A stretch of DNA of 32,688 nucleotides from Candidatus Micrarchaeota archaeon (GTDB lineage Archaea > Micrarchaeota > Micrarchaeia > Norongarragalinales > UBA97): the NCBI GenBank assembly GCA_038046065.1, contig JBBSWX010000030.1:21133-53820 (forward strand), read 5' to 3'. The position numbers were made by a program, and so were the translations under genes. This document shows, piece by piece, positions 1 to 8,736 of the stretch. Numbering within the stretch: position 1 is the stretch's first letter; every line of letters starts with the position of its first letter. The notes beneath the pieces were generated by a model. The model made no database searches, was not told the DNA's origin, and saw only the letters and a list, made by a program, of their open reading frames with translations.

Positions 1-246
1 CAAGCCCGCTACTCGCAAGAGTTCGTTGAGGATTTGCGCAAGCTTGACGCGCCGGCGAAGGAAATCGCGGTGAAAGTCATCCGGAAGATTCTCGAGCGCC
101 CTGACAGCAATAAGCGGCTGACCGGCCCGTTGGCCGGGTGCCTTCGCGAACGCTTCCTGAAATATCGCATCATTTACCGGATTAACGAACACGAAGGCTT
201 CGTTGAACTGATCAAGCTGAAGAAGCGCGATGCGGCATACCGCTAG
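1..246 (+). CDS. RelE/ParE family type II toxin (5'-truncated by window edge)
   Basis: Frame is open from base 1 (QARYSQEFVEDLRKLD...). It has the RelE pattern L.G.L.G..R.R...YRIIY.I.......L.....R..AY. Confidence 0.85.
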   Translation, partial: QARYSQEFVEDLRKLDAPAKEIAVKVIRKILERPDSNKRLTGPLAGCLRERFLKYRIIYRINEHEGFVELIKLKKRDAAYR

Positions 247-360
247 CCCGCCAGTATGGCAAACTGGTTGGAACCGCATCCGACTACTGGCGCCATGCGG
301 CACTTTTACGACACCACGCGCGGCGCTATTCATATAAACTGCAACGGGTAAAACGGAGTT

Positions 361-1419
361 GTGATGCTGCACGCAAGCCCTGAAGTTACCGCGGCGCTCG
401 CACGCCACCCTCGCGCCAAGCAACTGTTGGAGCGGCACTTTGGGGACGATGCGGGCGCGCGCGCTTCGAAGGCGCTTCACTCGCCTGAAAACGTGCCGAA
501 GGTTGTTGAAGCTGCGCGCAGCGTGTTTGACGCGATTGCAACGTTGTCGCCTGAAGAACGAAAGCGGCTTGGAGCAAACCGCGAAAACATCCAGGCGCAC
601 CGGCGCACACGCAAGGCGCTTGAAAAGCTAGACTCGTTGAACGCGGCAGTCGCGCGGCACGAGTTGGTCGCCCGCTTCGCTGAAGGGAAGGCGATCGAAC
701 AAGACGTTATCAGAGCTTGGGAGCCCGTGGGGCGCGTCTCGGCAGTAACACGCAGCGGTAAAGGCGCTACGCTTACATACCGTACTGGTTCTGAAGATAT
801 TATCCATAACCTGCCCGACCCGGCTAAAGATGCGAAAAAACTGTTGGAAGAAACAAGGTTGCCTTACGACCGGCTCGTGGCGTTCCTCGTGCGCGGCCTC
901 GACCCGCGCTTCAAGCAGAGTCCGGACGCTACCCGCCAGGCTGTAACCAGAGTCATCCGCTCGGGAGTTCCTGCCCAAACCACGCCCGACGCGAGAATGA
1001 TGCGAACAAGGCTGAATACTGAAGCGCGGGAAGCAAACCCGGAGTTCGCGCGGCTCGCGCGTATCGCGAACGGAATGATAGAACCAACTGAAAACGGCGT
1101 CAGGACTATGCTTAAAATGGATCACAGTGATTTCGTCGCACTCAGCGGCGTGTTCCGCCTAGCGGAAGGACATTGTTATAACGTGTTTCAAAAGCTGCGC
1201 GCCTTCAACCCGAAGAGAACGACCGTGCGGCAATTCGGCGCGTACTTCACAAACTGCGGCGCAACTACGCGAGATTACTTGAAAAGATTGCAGCCGGTGC
1301 TTCGGCGAGTGGTGCCTGCGAGCCACCCGTACCTAGAGCTCGTGCAAGTCGCGCTGGAAAACATTGCCGTCGCGCAAGCTAAGAAGGCCTTGCGAGAGAA
1401 AAACAAAGCTGCGGGCTAA
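361..1419 (+). CDS. Hypothetical basic alpha-helical protein (352 aa); C-terminal part weakly resembles sigma70 region 2
   Basis: Long ORF preceded by TATA-like CATATAAA at ~331-338. No confident family. The segment VFQKLRAFNPKR...FGAYF...TRDYLKR is discussed under findings. Confidence 0.7.
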   Translation: MMLHASPEVTAALARHPRAKQLLERHFGDDAGARASKALHSPENVPKVVEAARSVFDAIATLSPEERKRLGANRENIQAHRRTRKALEKLDSLNAAVARHELVARFAEGKAIEQDVIRAWEPVGRVSAVTRSGKGATLTYRTGSEDIIHNLPDPAKDAKKLLEETRLPYDRLVAFLVRGLDPRFKQSPDATRQAVTRVIRSGVPAQTTPDARMMRTRLNTEAREANPEFARLARIANGMIEPTENGVRTMLKMDHSDFVALSGVFRLAEGHCYNVFQKLRAFNPKRTTVRQFGAYFTNCGATTRDYLKRLQPVLRRVVPASHPYLELVQVALENIAVAQAKKALREKNKAAG

Positions 1420-1445
1420 ATGCTTTTGAAACCTTTCGGCGGCAG

Positions 1446-1706
1446 TTAAACGACGAGGTTGCGCCTGTCGACGACCATCACGTCCTTCACGTCGAGGACG
1501 GCCGAGTAAGGTATGGTTATCAAACCGGCGCCTTCCTTTTCCGCGCGCTCTGCCAGCGTCGAGTCGGGGTTCGGCTCGATGAGCACGCGCTCAATCTTGC
1601 CGTTAAGCTCGTTCAGGTACAAGTCCACCACGCGGCCGAGCTCTTCACCGTCGGTCGTTATTATCGACTTGCCTGCGAGTTGTTTGGCTATAGCGTACTT
1701 GACCAT
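1446..1706 (-). CDS. PRC-barrel domain protein (archaeal CdpB-like)
   Basis: L.GK.I.T.DG..LG.V.DL......G.I...IP...V..V.D.MVV PRC-barrel pattern. AAGGTGG Shine-Dalgarno lies upstream. Confidence 0.85.
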   Translation of the reverse strand: MVKYAIAKQLAGKSIITTDGEELGRVVDLYLNELNGKIERVLIEPNPDSTLAERAEKEGAGLITIPYSAVLDVKDVMVVDRRNLVV

Positions 1707-1828
1707 GAAATACCACCTTTCGACCCCACAGCATAAAGGGGCAATCTGTAATCAGCCGCAGTAAGTTTAAATAAGTTTCTTTGGCGGGCTGGTGAGCGGC
1801 CGCGGCCCGGCAAGGCAGTTGCCACGCA

Positions 1829-1836
1829 TTTATATA
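1829..1836 (+). promoter_or_regulatory. Archaeal TATA box (TTTATATA) for the 1884 gene
   Basis: Consensus TTTAWATA in the divergent intergenic region, ~50 nt upstream of the ATG. Confidence 0.5.
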
Positions 1837-1883
1837 CTGAAAAGGGTTAATGAGTGGAACTAGCTAAGTCGGGTGGTGCGCTT

Positions 1884-2138
1884 ATGGCAATGAAGGTTTC
1901 CGAAGAGATCCAAAAGACTATAAAGGCGCTCAAGGACAACGGCTTCTCGCCGGTAGACGCGGTTTTCGAGGGGGCGGTGGGCGTCAAGGAGGACACTACG
2001 CTCGCGTTCCTGGACAAGCTTAACGAAGCGCAGCTCATCAACGGAGTCATCCGCGTTATATACACGGCAGGCGATGACCAAATCCGCTTTGTCGAAGTGC
2101 CGGTGGGCCAGCCCCAGGAAGCCCAGCCGCCGCAATAG
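1884..2138 (+). CDS. Small hypothetical protein
   Basis: Protein-like composition and GC3-rich codons. GGTGGTG SD-like element precedes ATG 1884. Confidence 0.7.
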   Translation: MAMKVSEEIQKTIKALKDNGFSPVDAVFEGAVGVKEDTTLAFLDKLNEAQLINGVIRVIYTAGDDQIRFVEVPVGQPQEAQPPQ

Positions 2139-2218
2139 GCGCGACAACGCAATTTTTTAAGCAAGCAGCTACACCCTTGCTTTAAACGTATTAATGCGCA
2201 TTAAGAGGTGCAAAAAAA

Positions 2219-2581
2219 ATGGTTAAGAAACAAGCGAACATTATGCCCGTAGTGGGCGCGTGGCTGTTTGTCATCGGCCTAGTGGTAGCGCTAGTGGCGG
2301 GCTTCGTGTGGTCCGGCCAAGGGTGGGTACCCCTGCTGCTGGGCGTGATCGGCGTGATAGTGGGTCTCGTGAACATCGGCGAAAAAGAAACGATGGCGTT
2401 CCTCGTCGCTGCGATAGCGTTCAACGTAGCAGCCAACAACCTCGCCGACGTGGCGCGCCAGCTAAACACGGGCGCTGGTGACTACCTCGTCAGCGTGTTC
2501 GTGTACGCCGGCGCGTTCGTCGCACCCGCAGCTGCGGTGGTGGCGATAAAGTCGCTTTACGAAATGGCGAAGAGCGCCTGA
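2219..2581 (+). CDS. Small integral membrane protein (about 4 TM helices), hypothetical
   Basis: Four hydrophobic segments with a GLVNI..KE...FL motif. GAGGTG SD upstream and TTTAAA box at ~2181. Confidence 0.8.
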   Translation: MVKKQANIMPVVGAWLFVIGLVVALVAGFVWSGQGWVPLLLGVIGVIVGLVNIGEKETMAFLVAAIAFNVAANNLADVARQLNTGAGDYLVSVFVYAGAFVAPAAAVVAIKSLYEMAKSA

Positions 2582-2604
2582 AGCGACTGGAAACTCGTTA
2601 AGAA

Positions 2605-2639
2605 GGGGGAGGGTGCAAGCCCCCGGCTAATTCTTTTTT
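2605..2639 (+). terminator. GC hairpin followed by a T-tract, probable terminator of the membrane protein gene
   Basis: GGGT-GCAA-GCCC stem-loop followed by TTCTTTTTT. Confidence 0.4.
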
Positions 2640-2785
2640 ATTCCGAATGCGACCGCAAGGCATTAGCCTGCACTTCTCGAAAAGCTGCACCAAAAAAGAC
2701 TCGCAACGATTCGTTCGCCGCAAGGAGGGGGTCGGCGGACGCCCAGAGCCGGGGGAACCTCGGGTTCCCCCCGCGGCTTGGGCAG

Positions 2786-2896
2786 CGGGCCCTCGGGGAT
2801 TTGAACCCCGGTCTGGAGCTGTCTGCAAACACGCTTTAATTCTTGCAGCCGCGTTTTCCGCAAGCTCCCAGCCTATCCAAGCTAGCCGAAGGGCCC
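2786..2896 (-). tRNA. tRNA-Arg(GCG) with a 37-nt canonical (37/38) intron at 2821-2857
   Basis: Acceptor GGGCCCT/AGGGCCC+G73; D arm GGCT-AGCTTGGATA-GGCT; anticodon stem GGAGC/GCTCC with loop TT-GCG-G^A; T arm CGGGG-TTCAAAT-CCCCG. The intron forms a strict bulge-helix-bulge (TTGC/GCAG helix, GGA and ACA bulges, AAACGCG/CGTGTTT outer stem). CCA is not encoded. Confidence 0.93.
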
Positions 2897-3020
2897 AAAC
2901 GCAACGCCGGACGGTAGTATTTACGGTTCAGAAGATATAAAAACAAGCCGAGGCACTAATAGCCTACAGGCTGGCGCGCTTTACGCTGGCGTTCTCGCTT
3001 TCTGGGAGGTTATGGTGGAA

Positions 3021-3176
3021 ATGGCTGTTTGCTCTAGTTGCGGCCGCAATGATGCCGACTTCGTGGTGCTCCAGTGCCCCGGCGCGGGTTGCGACGGGCG
3101 CATCGTGCGCTGCGCGGCGTGCAGGCGCAACGAAAACAAGTACTCGTGCGATAAATGCGGTTTTACCGGACCGTAG
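3021..3176 (+). CDS. Small zinc-ribbon protein, DUF1610/HVO_2753 family (51 aa; absent from the ORF track)
   Basis: Manual translation MAVCSSCGRNDADFVVLQCPGAGCDGRIVRCAACRRNENKYSCDKCGFTGP: four Cys pairs and the diagnostic C-terminal Y.C..CGF.GP. GGAGGT SD at 3005-3010. This family typically lies upstream of aEF-1beta. Confidence 0.88.
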   Translation: MAVCSSCGRNDADFVVLQCPGAGCDGRIVRCAACRRNENKYSCDKCGFTGP

Positions 3177-3187
3177 GTGCCCGGTCA

Positions 3188-3613
3188 ATGCGCAGGGCTT
3201 TCGCGGCTGGGACGTTCGACGGGCTCCACCCGGGGCACGTTGCGTTCCTCAAGCACGCGGCGCGCCAAGGCAAGCTTTCGGTTGCAGTCGCCCGCGATGG
3301 GAACGTGCTGAAAACGAAGGGAAGCAAGACGTTCTTCAACGAGAAGGAAAGGCTCTCGCTCGTCTCGGCAATCAAGTTCGTTTCAAAAGCGTTCCTCGGC
3401 AGCAAACAAGATTATCTTGATGCTGTGGTGAAGGCCAAGCCGGACGTCGTCGTGCTGGGCCACGACCAGAAGGTTGACGGAAAGCGCTTGGAGAAAGCAT
3501 TGAAAGAAAGGGGCGTGCGGTGCCGCGTGGTTCGCGCGCCTGCCTTCAAACGCGCGCGGTATAGGAACGCGTTGTTGAAGCGCGGAAAGAAAGGGCATTA
3601 CTCACAGTGTTGA
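3188..3613 (+). CDS. ribL: FAD synthase / cytidylyltransferase-family nucleotidyltransferase
   Basis: GTFDGLHPGH (HxGH), VARD, E.ER..V, KPDVVVLGHDQ motifs of archaeal RibL. Start reassigned to ATG 3188. Confidence 0.8.
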   Translation: MRRAFAAGTFDGLHPGHVAFLKHAARQGKLSVAVARDGNVLKTKGSKTFFNEKERLSLVSAIKFVSKAFLGSKQDYLDAVVKAKPDVVVLGHDQKVDGKRLEKALKERGVRCRVVRAPAFKRARYRNALLKRGKKGHYSQC

Positions 3614-3627
3614 TACGAGGGTGTTGA

Positions 3628-3879
3628 ATGATGGGAAAGGTTCTCGTGGCAATGCGCGTGTTCCCCGTTGAAGGGCAGGATGCTGCCGAGCTGGCCGAGC
3701 GAGTGAAGGCGGTGGAAGGCTGCAACACGAGCAAGGTTGAGGATTACGTTTTCGGCACTAAGATAGTGAAGGCTTCGTTCGTGTGCGAGGACGGCGAGAA
3801 CCGCGATTTCGAGGAGGAAGTGAAGAAAATCGCGGGCGTGAGCGAAGTGCAGGTTGACGAAGTCGGCCTCGTGAGCTGA
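3628..3879 (+). CDS. ef1b: Translation elongation factor aEF-1beta
   Basis: MGKV.V..RVFP...E...FG...I.GV.EV pattern, ~83 aa, linked to DUF1610. Confidence 0.85.
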   Translation: MMGKVLVAMRVFPVEGQDAAELAERVKAVEGCNTSKVEDYVFGTKIVKASFVCEDGENRDFEEEVKKIAGVSEVQVDEVGLVS

Positions 3880-3930
3880 GCCGGGCGCTCAAGCGCAAGC
3901 AAATTAACTGTTGCTGGCGATAAGCTTGCC

Positions 3931-6522
3931 ATGATTCGCGCCGTGCGCCTCAAGCGGTGGAAGAGCCACGAGTATTCGGAAGCCAGCTTCGGCAAGGGCA
4001 CTAGCGTGATAATCGGGCCGATGGGCGCCGGCAAAAGCTGCATTTTGGAAGGAATGTGCTTCGCCTTTTACGGCACCACGCCGCAAGTCAAGTCGCGGCG
4101 CGTGAAGCTTGAAGAACTCGTAATGAACTCGCCCCACAAGTTTGAGGAAGCGTCGGTGGAAGTGTGGTTCGACGCAGGCGGCAAAAACTATTCCGTCGAG
4201 AGGACGATAAACGCCAAGAGCCCCAGCGTGGCACACTTGCGCGAGGAAGGCAAGGTTATTGAAAGCGGGCCGCAGCGCGTTACCGAGAGCGTCGAACGCC
4301 TGCTGCAAGTCGATTACGAGCTTTTCGTGCGCGCCGTTTACTCCGAGCAGAACAAGATAGACTACTTCCTCGAATTAGGCAAATCCGAGCGGAAGAAGCA
4401 GACGGACGAGCTGTTGGGCATAGCCGAGTTCGAGACCGCTCGCTCGAACGCGACGACGGTGGTGAACAAGCTCAAGGCACTCAAGGCGCAAGCCGAGTCT
4501 TTCATCGCCGGGGCTAACGCCGCGGAACTGGAGAAAGATGCGCGTGAGTTGAAGGCGGCCGTTGACGCGGCTGAACGCGAGGCGTCCGAGTGCGAGTCGA
4601 AAAGAAAGATTGCCGAAGAAAAAGCGCGCAGCCTCGCGGCGGCGGTTGCTGAATTGGAACGGCAGGAGGGAGTGTTCAACAAGCTTCAAGGCGAGCTTCA
4701 AGCGGCGAACGCGCTCGCGGGGCAGGTGGAAGCAAGGCTCGCGGAAGTTTTGAAGCGCAACCCGCAACGGTTGGAGGCGGCGGAAGCTGCCGCGCTCAAG
4801 GCAAGGCTGCAGAAGGAAATTGCTGCTTGCAAAGCAGCGCTTGCTGAAGGCCAGCGCCTGTCGGGACAGTTGGAAGCAGCTGCCGCCCAAGCAACGCTTT
4901 TGCAACAGCAGCTCGAACGCAAGCCGAGCCTGTCGCTTGAAGAGGCGAACGCAAAGAAAACGGTTGTCGAGGTAGGCATCCTGCGAACGCGGAGCGAACT
5001 GCAGGAAACCAACGCGCGCGTATCGGAATTGAAGACAAGGGCGGCCGAAGCTAAGCAGGCGGCAGTGCGCAAGGAACGTGTGGAGAAAGAACTCGCAAGC
5101 ATAACTGCGCAGTTGACCGAGGCGCAAGCGGCGTTGAAAGCCCTGCCTGCAACCGACGTTCCAGCGTGCGAGAAGGCTGCTGCCGAAGCTGCAGCAACAG
5201 TCAACTCTGCAAGGGAAGCGGCGCGCCTGCTTGAAGGCACTACTGCCGCGTGCCCAGTGTGCGAGAGCGCGCTTGACGGCACGAAAGTCGCCGAGCTAGC
5301 CGGCAGGAAGCAAACTGAAATCAATGCCGCAGCGCTCGAGCTGGAGGAGCGCGAGAAAACGCTTAAGGAAGCGCTCGACGTCAGAGGGCGTACGGATGAA
5401 ATCAAGCGCAACGCGAACGTTCTTGCGAGCAAAGCGGATTCGCTCAATGCTGAAGCTTCAGGGTTGGCGAGCGCCGGAGATTTGGCGAAAGCTTCGGCGG
5501 AAGCGAACGGTGCGGAGGCGCGCGTGCGGGGGTTGTTGGAAAAACTCGAGCGGGAAAACGCTGAAATGGCCGTGGTTGCGCAAGCTGCGGTTGACGCGAA
5601 AGAATGGCTTGATGCAAAAGACCGATTGGCGCAAGCGTTGAAAGTGCGCGTTGATGCTGAAGAAAAGTTGAAGGCGTGCGGCAAGGCGACGCCGCAAGAG
5701 TTGGAAGGGCTTCAAACGCAGTTGGACGCTGCGGAAGACGCTGAGGAACTGGCAGGAGTGGAACTGCAGAAGAAAAGCTTGCAAGCGAAGACGATGGGAG
5801 TTCAAGAGGCGTTTGCAAAACTGGCTTTCCAGCCGGGAGGGCTGAAGGAAAAACGCCTGGAGGGCGCGGATGCAACGACTGACGCGGCGGTGTTGAAGGA
5901 AAAGGCTGCTGCGCTGGCTGTGGCTGGGGCGGAGAAGCGCGCGAGGCTCGCCGAGGTGGACAAGCAACTTGGCCTCGTGCGCGAGCAGGAGGCGCGCAAG
6001 CAACTTTTGGAAAAGCGCGTGGAAGGGATGGCAAAGTTTTCCAACGCGCTCGTAGAGACGCAGGCGGCTATGCGCAACGAACTGTTGGGCGCGATTAACG
6101 CTTCGTTGGAAGAGTTTTGGCCGCAGGTGTATCCCTACCGCGATTATTCGGGCGCGAGGCTCTCGGCGAGCGAAGATGATTATTTCCTCGAGCTGCGCAA
6201 GCGGGATGCATGGGTTGCTGCCGAGAACGCTTCGGGCGGCGAGCGGAGCTGCGCGGCGTTGGCGTTGCGCGCGGCTTTCGCCACGGTGCTGACGCCGGAC
6301 TTGAATTGGCTTGTGCTTGACGAGCCGACGCACAACTTAGATTCGCACGCGGTCGAATTGTTGTGCACTACGCTGCGCGACGGCCTGCCGCAAGTGATTG
6401 GACAGGTTTTCGTGATTACGCACGACGAGGCGTTGAAGGAAGGGGCGAGCACGAGGCTCTACCGCGTGGAAAGGGATAAGGACAAGGGCGACAACAGCAC
6501 GATAGAAGAGGTGGAAGCGTGA
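3931..6522 (+). CDS. rad50: Rad50/SbcC-like SMC-superfamily ATPase
   Basis: Walker A GPMGAGKS, Q-loop (YSEQ), long coiled coils, central CPVC zinc hook, SGGE signature, Walker B LVLDEPT, ITHD. Confidence 0.88.
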   Translation: MIRAVRLKRWKSHEYSEASFGKGTSVIIGPMGAGKSCILEGMCFAFYGTTPQVKSRRVKLEELVMNSPHKFEEASVEVWFDAGGKNYSVERTINAKSPSVAHLREEGKVIESGPQRVTESVERLLQVDYELFVRAVYSEQNKIDYFLELGKSERKKQTDELLGIAEFETARSNATTVVNKLKALKAQAESFIAGANAAELEKDARELKAAVDAAEREASECESKRKIAEEKARSLAAAVAELERQEGVFNKLQGELQAANALAGQVEARLAEVLKRNPQRLEAAEAAALKARLQKEIAACKAALAEGQRLSGQLEAAAAQATLLQQQLERKPSLSLEEANAKKTVVEVGILRTRSELQETNARVSELKTRAAEAKQAAVRKERVEKELASITAQLTEAQAALKALPATDVPACEKAAAEAAATVNSAREAARLLEGTTAACPVCESALDGTKVAELAGRKQTEINAAALELEEREKTLKEALDVRGRTDEIKRNANVLASKADSLNAEASGLASAGDLAKASAEANGAEARVRGLLEKLERENAEMAVVAQAAVDAKEWLDAKDRLAQALKVRVDAEEKLKACGKATPQELEGLQTQLDAAEDAEELAGVELQKKSLQAKTMGVQEAFAKLAFQPGGLKEKRLEGADATTDAAVLKEKAAALAVAGAEKRARLAEVDKQLGLVREQEARKQLLEKRVEGMAKFSNALVETQAAMRNELLGAINASLEEFWPQVYPYRDYSGARLSASEDDYFLELRKRDAWVAAENASGGERSCAALALRAAFATVLTPDLNWLVLDEPTHNLDSHAVELLCTTLRDGLPQVIGQVFVITHDEALKEGASTRLYRVERDKDKGDNSTIEEVEA

Positions 6523-7271
6523 CCGCGCGAACGCTGGGAGAACTCCTGGACGAGCACATCCGACTCGACCACCGAGTCGCGTGCGTGGGCGCGTTCAGTG
6601 GAATCGTTAATGACCCGTCAGTGCTTTACGCTTGCACTCTGGCGCGCGGGCCTAAAGGTCGCGTTACGATAATAGACGCGCAGTCGCGAGAGCTGGAAAG
6701 CAAGATGCGGGGACGCATCGATTGCGGTCGTGGCAAAGAACTGACGAGGGGCGCGTTGAAGAAATATTGGAAAATCACGGAGCACGCAGGGGGTCGTGGG
6801 AATCCGGAACTGAATCGGCGGGAACTGTTGTGGCTGTTCGAGGGAAAAGGCTCTAGAACAAGCAGCCTGAACTTTAACCCTGCGCAAGAAGCTTCGTTAA
6901 GGCGGCAAGGCTTCAGGCTGCCGTCGGTTTGCATTAGGCACGCGGGCGACACGCGCCTTCCCGACAAGCACTTTAACGTGCTGCTTGACTTCGGTTCACT
7001 CGAGTGGATGAAACTCTCGGAGGTTGTGGGCGCGATCGGCGAATACCGCAGGATTTCAGGCAAGACGCTGATAGCCTTGAGGCCTGACCTCGTGGAGCAC
7101 ACCGGCTCGTATAATCAGTGGATTGAGGACGCCATCGCTGGCCTGAAACCCAAGCGCATACAGAAACTCTGCGTTAACAATCATTACTCTTTGCGCCTGC
7201 CGGGACTGGCCGAACCGTTGAAACTACAGCACTCGTATGGATACGATCACGTGCTAGTGATAGATTGGTGA
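6519..7271 (+). CDS. Hypothetical protein, probable divergent class I SAM-dependent methyltransferase fold
   Basis: RVACVGAFSG (motif I-like), VTIID (motif II-like), T.LPDKHFNVLL..GSLEWM (motif III/IV-like). GTGA overlap with the rad50 stop. Confidence 0.55.
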   Translation: MTARTLGELLDEHIRLDHRVACVGAFSGIVNDPSVLYACTLARGPKGRVTIIDAQSRELESKMRGRIDCGRGKELTRGALKKYWKITEHAGGRGNPELNRRELLWLFEGKGSRTSSLNFNPAQEASLRRQGFRLPSVCIRHAGDTRLPDKHFNVLLDFGSLEWMKLSEVVGAIGEYRRISGKTLIALRPDLVEHTGSYNQWIEDAIAGLKPKRIQKLCVNNHYSLRLPGLAEPLKLQHSYGYDHVLVIDW

Positions 7272-7334
7272 GCAGTTGCGCGAAGAACTTGCGAATGATA
7301 TGCGGCCTTGCAATCGAGTTATAGCCGTTACGTT

Positions 7335-8714
7335 CTAGAGCCAGCCGCTCTTGCGCGAGGCGTAGTTTGCGAGGCACTCGCGGCTAACGCCGCTCGCTTT
7401 CTTCGCGTCGGTGATGCGCGCGCGCTTGATTTGCCGTTCGATGTTGGAGCCGAAAGAAACTAGCGTCGAGCCGAGCAAGTCGGCGACAGCTTCCTGAAGC
7501 GTGGTTTCGTGGCACAGCTCCTCGACGATGACGCGCCCGTCTTTGATGAACGGCCCGCGCGAAGGACGCTGGTGGAGTGCGACGAACTCGGCGGCGGGAG
7601 AGTGGAGGAACGCGGGCGGGCCGGCGCGCACGCGCAGCTTCGGCAGTTTCGCGTCAAGGCTCTCGAACAGCATTGCCGCACGGCCGGAAGAGTGGAATGC
7701 TTGGCAGTCAATCATGCGAAAACCTGCGATGCGCAACGCGTTTGCCAGCGAGTGGCTGGTCTTGCGCAGTTGGGGCGCGAAAACATCTTCCACAAGGCCG
7801 GAAGGCAAGTTGAATTCCAGCAAAGCGAAGTATGTTTTGCGCGAGGCAGCCCACTTGACGCAGTTTTTCACGACGGGAGGCTTTTCGAAAAACAATTCCG
7901 CGCTGGGCACTGTTGAGGCAGCGCGGGAGAGAGAGATGAACGACGCTAGCGAGTCTAGCGTCACGGCCGCGGCTGCGTTGCGGTTGTGGTCAATCGCGTC
8001 GATGATGACGAGGTGCGCGCCTCCAAACTTTTCGGAGAGTTCGTTTGCAGTCGCGTCGGGAAACGCGCTTTCTATATCCACGGCTACTGGCGGCGTCCAG
8101 GCGGAAGCCTCTGCCAAGAGCGTTTCGAGCGAACGGTAGTTGAGCACTAGGTATTCGCACAGCAAGCCTGAAAAGCCGCCTATGCTAGCCTCGGCGCCGT
8201 AAATGCCGGCAGTTTTCAGCAACTGCTTGAGGCACCGCACGTCCCGCTTTTGCGAGGGGTTGAGACGCTTTTGCAAGTAATCCATGTGCAGCGGCGAACG
8301 GTCGACTGCGCTTTTTATTGGCGCGTGCGGCTCGACCTTGAAGCACGGTATTACTTCGACCTTGAAGCCTTGCAGCAGCGATTGGTAGTAAGGGTGTTCG
8401 GCGTAATGCATCTCCCACTTGCCGGGCACCGACTTTTTGAGGATGGTGCCCGTGAGTTCAACTATGCGTTCGCGTGAGAACGTGGCGGGAAAACTCACGA
8501 ACAAGTCAACATCGCGGTCTCCGCGCAAGCCGGTGTCGCGCGCCGCGGAGCCGACGAAGTAGACACGCGCGCCCGAAGGCAGGCGGGGTTCGATGAGCGA
8601 AGTGATCTTGAGCGCGAATTCCTTTTCGGCATCAGCCTCGGCGCGCGTGGGCGTGACGACTGCGGAAACCTTTTCCAAGACCGCTTCGAGCGCGGCAGGC
8701 TGCTTGCGGATCAT
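7335..8714 (-). CDS. cca: Archaeal (class I) CCA tRNA nucleotidyltransferase
   Basis: VGS.ARDT.L.GDRDVD.F, YAEHPY, SAVDRSP.H, YGAE..IGGFSGLLCE, GPP motifs. Confidence 0.95.
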   Translation of the reverse strand: MIRKQPAALEAVLEKVSAVVTPTRAEADAEKEFALKITSLIEPRLPSGARVYFVGSAARDTGLRGDRDVDLFVSFPATFSRERIVELTGTILKKSVPGKWEMHYAEHPYYQSLLQGFKVEVIPCFKVEPHAPIKSAVDRSPLHMDYLQKRLNPSQKRDVRCLKQLLKTAGIYGAEASIGGFSGLLCEYLVLNYRSLETLLAEASAWTPPVAVDIESAFPDATANELSEKFGGAHLVIIDAIDHNRNAAAAVTLDSLASFISLSRAASTVPSAELFFEKPPVVKNCVKWAASRKTYFALLEFNLPSGLVEDVFAPQLRKTSHSLANALRIAGFRMIDCQAFHSSGRAAMLFESLDAKLPKLRVRAGPPAFLHSPAAEFVALHQRPSRGPFIKDGRVIVEELCHETTLQEAVADLLGSTLVSFGSNIERQIKRARITDAKKASGVSRECLANYASRKSGWL

Positions 8715-8736
8715 AAAAATAATTCGCAGGACAAGC

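Noticed and set aside
249-292. c-di-GMP-I riboswitch-like GGCAAAC hairpin; the 14-mer GGCAAACTGGTTGG also occurs at 16861-16874
   Set aside because: The remaining riboswitch consensus is absent. One or two 14-nt repeats are expected by chance in a window this size and the flanks do not align. The CGCCAGTA/TACTGGCG stem is explicable as a terminator.
2786-2896. tRNA-Cys/Ala or a tmRNA-like RNA (because of TGC/GCA triplets and the long insert)
   Set aside because: Stem geometry and the strict BHB place GCG at positions 34-36 with a canonical intron.
3049-3420. 123-aa plus-strand ORF
   Set aside because: It is the wrong frame; the region is explained by the DUF1610 gene and ribL.
4362-6452. 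Long antisense ORFs over rad50 (and similar ones over gatE, elp3, the pilus ATPase, pelota and 31275-32445)
   Set aside because: These are shadow ORFs produced by high GC and codon bias, lying opposite well-supported genes and showing no motifs.
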